DNA of 63,408 nucleotides, filler included, from Chiloscyllium plagiosum (taxonomy: Eukaryota): the NCBI RefSeq assembly GCF_004010195.1. It is 3 parts of one record of this genome, joined end to end, with 100 filler letters (N's around TTAATTAATTAA, not from the genome) between each part and the next. Parts side by side here need not be neighbours in the genome. Positions count along the whole stretch, not along the records: positions 57,150 to 63,408 come from NC_057714.1; 2 more parts are not named here. One strand, 5' to 3'. The notes beneath the pieces were generated by a model. It saw nothing but the letters and a program-made list of their open reading frames with translations. It did no database searches and had not been told where the DNA came from. The stretch's first letter is position 1. Every line of letters begins with the position of its first letter. Below, piece by piece: positions 63,101 through 63,408 of this stretch. Made by a program: the position numbers and the translations under genes.

Positions 63101-63408
63101 CCCCTACACCCACTCCCACTGCCATCCCCGGTGCTCCCCACTCCCACTCTCACTGCCATACCCGGTGCTCCCCACTCCCACTCTCACTGCCATACCCGGG
63201 ACTCCCTACTCCCACTCTCACTACCATCCCCGGTGCTCCCTACTCTCACTCTCACTGACATCCCCTGGACTCCCTACTCCCACTCTCACTGCCATCCCCA
63301 GTCCTCCCTACTCCCACTCTCAATGCCATCCCGTGCTCCCACCTCTCACTCTCACTGCCATCCCCGGTCCTCCCTACACCCACTCTCACTGCCATCCCCG
63401 GTGCTCCC
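57150..63408. repeat. 34-35 bp C-rich satellite array
   Basis: Consensus CTCCCTACTCCCACTCTCACTGCCATCCCC(C)GGTG. Internal gap at 59957-60061. Continues past the window end. Confidence 0.97.

Noticed and set aside
57287..63258. Long Pro/Ser/His/Thr-rich ORFs (up to 523 aa) resembling mucin or extensin
   Set aside because: Read-through of a 34-35 bp satellite that is open in all three + frames. The unit length is not a multiple of three.
57150..63408. CRISPR-like 34-35 bp periodicity
   Set aside because: Head-to-tail repeats with no unique spacers, no cas genes, and a vertebrate context.

Overview
Vertebrate genomic DNA. The repeat families (HE1-type SINEs, CR1/HER1-type LINEs, Penelope elements) point to a shark, probably a bamboo-shark-like orectolobiform (inference). 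The only host gene I can support is mkx (Mohawk TALE homeobox) on the + strand. Its 34-nt penultimate exon (42516-42549) and 187-nt terminal coding exon (42644-42830) are absent from the ORF track but splice in frame to ETVEQGTNRLMSYPKKKETSKDETYWKEINAAMALTNLAQAKGKIQGTTSCIIQKSSHISEIKTLKISSGKPF*. Bases 1-42515 are therefore most likely one very large mkx intron, about 42831-45630 the 3' UTR, and the rest downstream DNA ending in a 34-35 bp satellite. Nearly all long ORFs in the track are decayed retroelements (CR1, L2, RTE, Gypsy, Penelope), N-gaps or satellite read-through. The most notable unexplained structure is a set of short Penelope-derived insertions with 9-14 bp target-site duplications that carry minimal hammerhead-ribozyme cores. 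Two sequence families show covarying stems. Several insertions are fold-back hairpins, two of them in the putative mkx 3' UTR, and one is a tandem two-ribozyme unit resembling a retrozyme. Also seen: a Gypsy LTR followed by a tandem array of tRNA-Pro primer-binding sites, a perfect 66-bp inverted templated insertion, and candidate enhancer and CTCF sites. All assignments come from reading the sequence and recalling family motifs; no database search was run.
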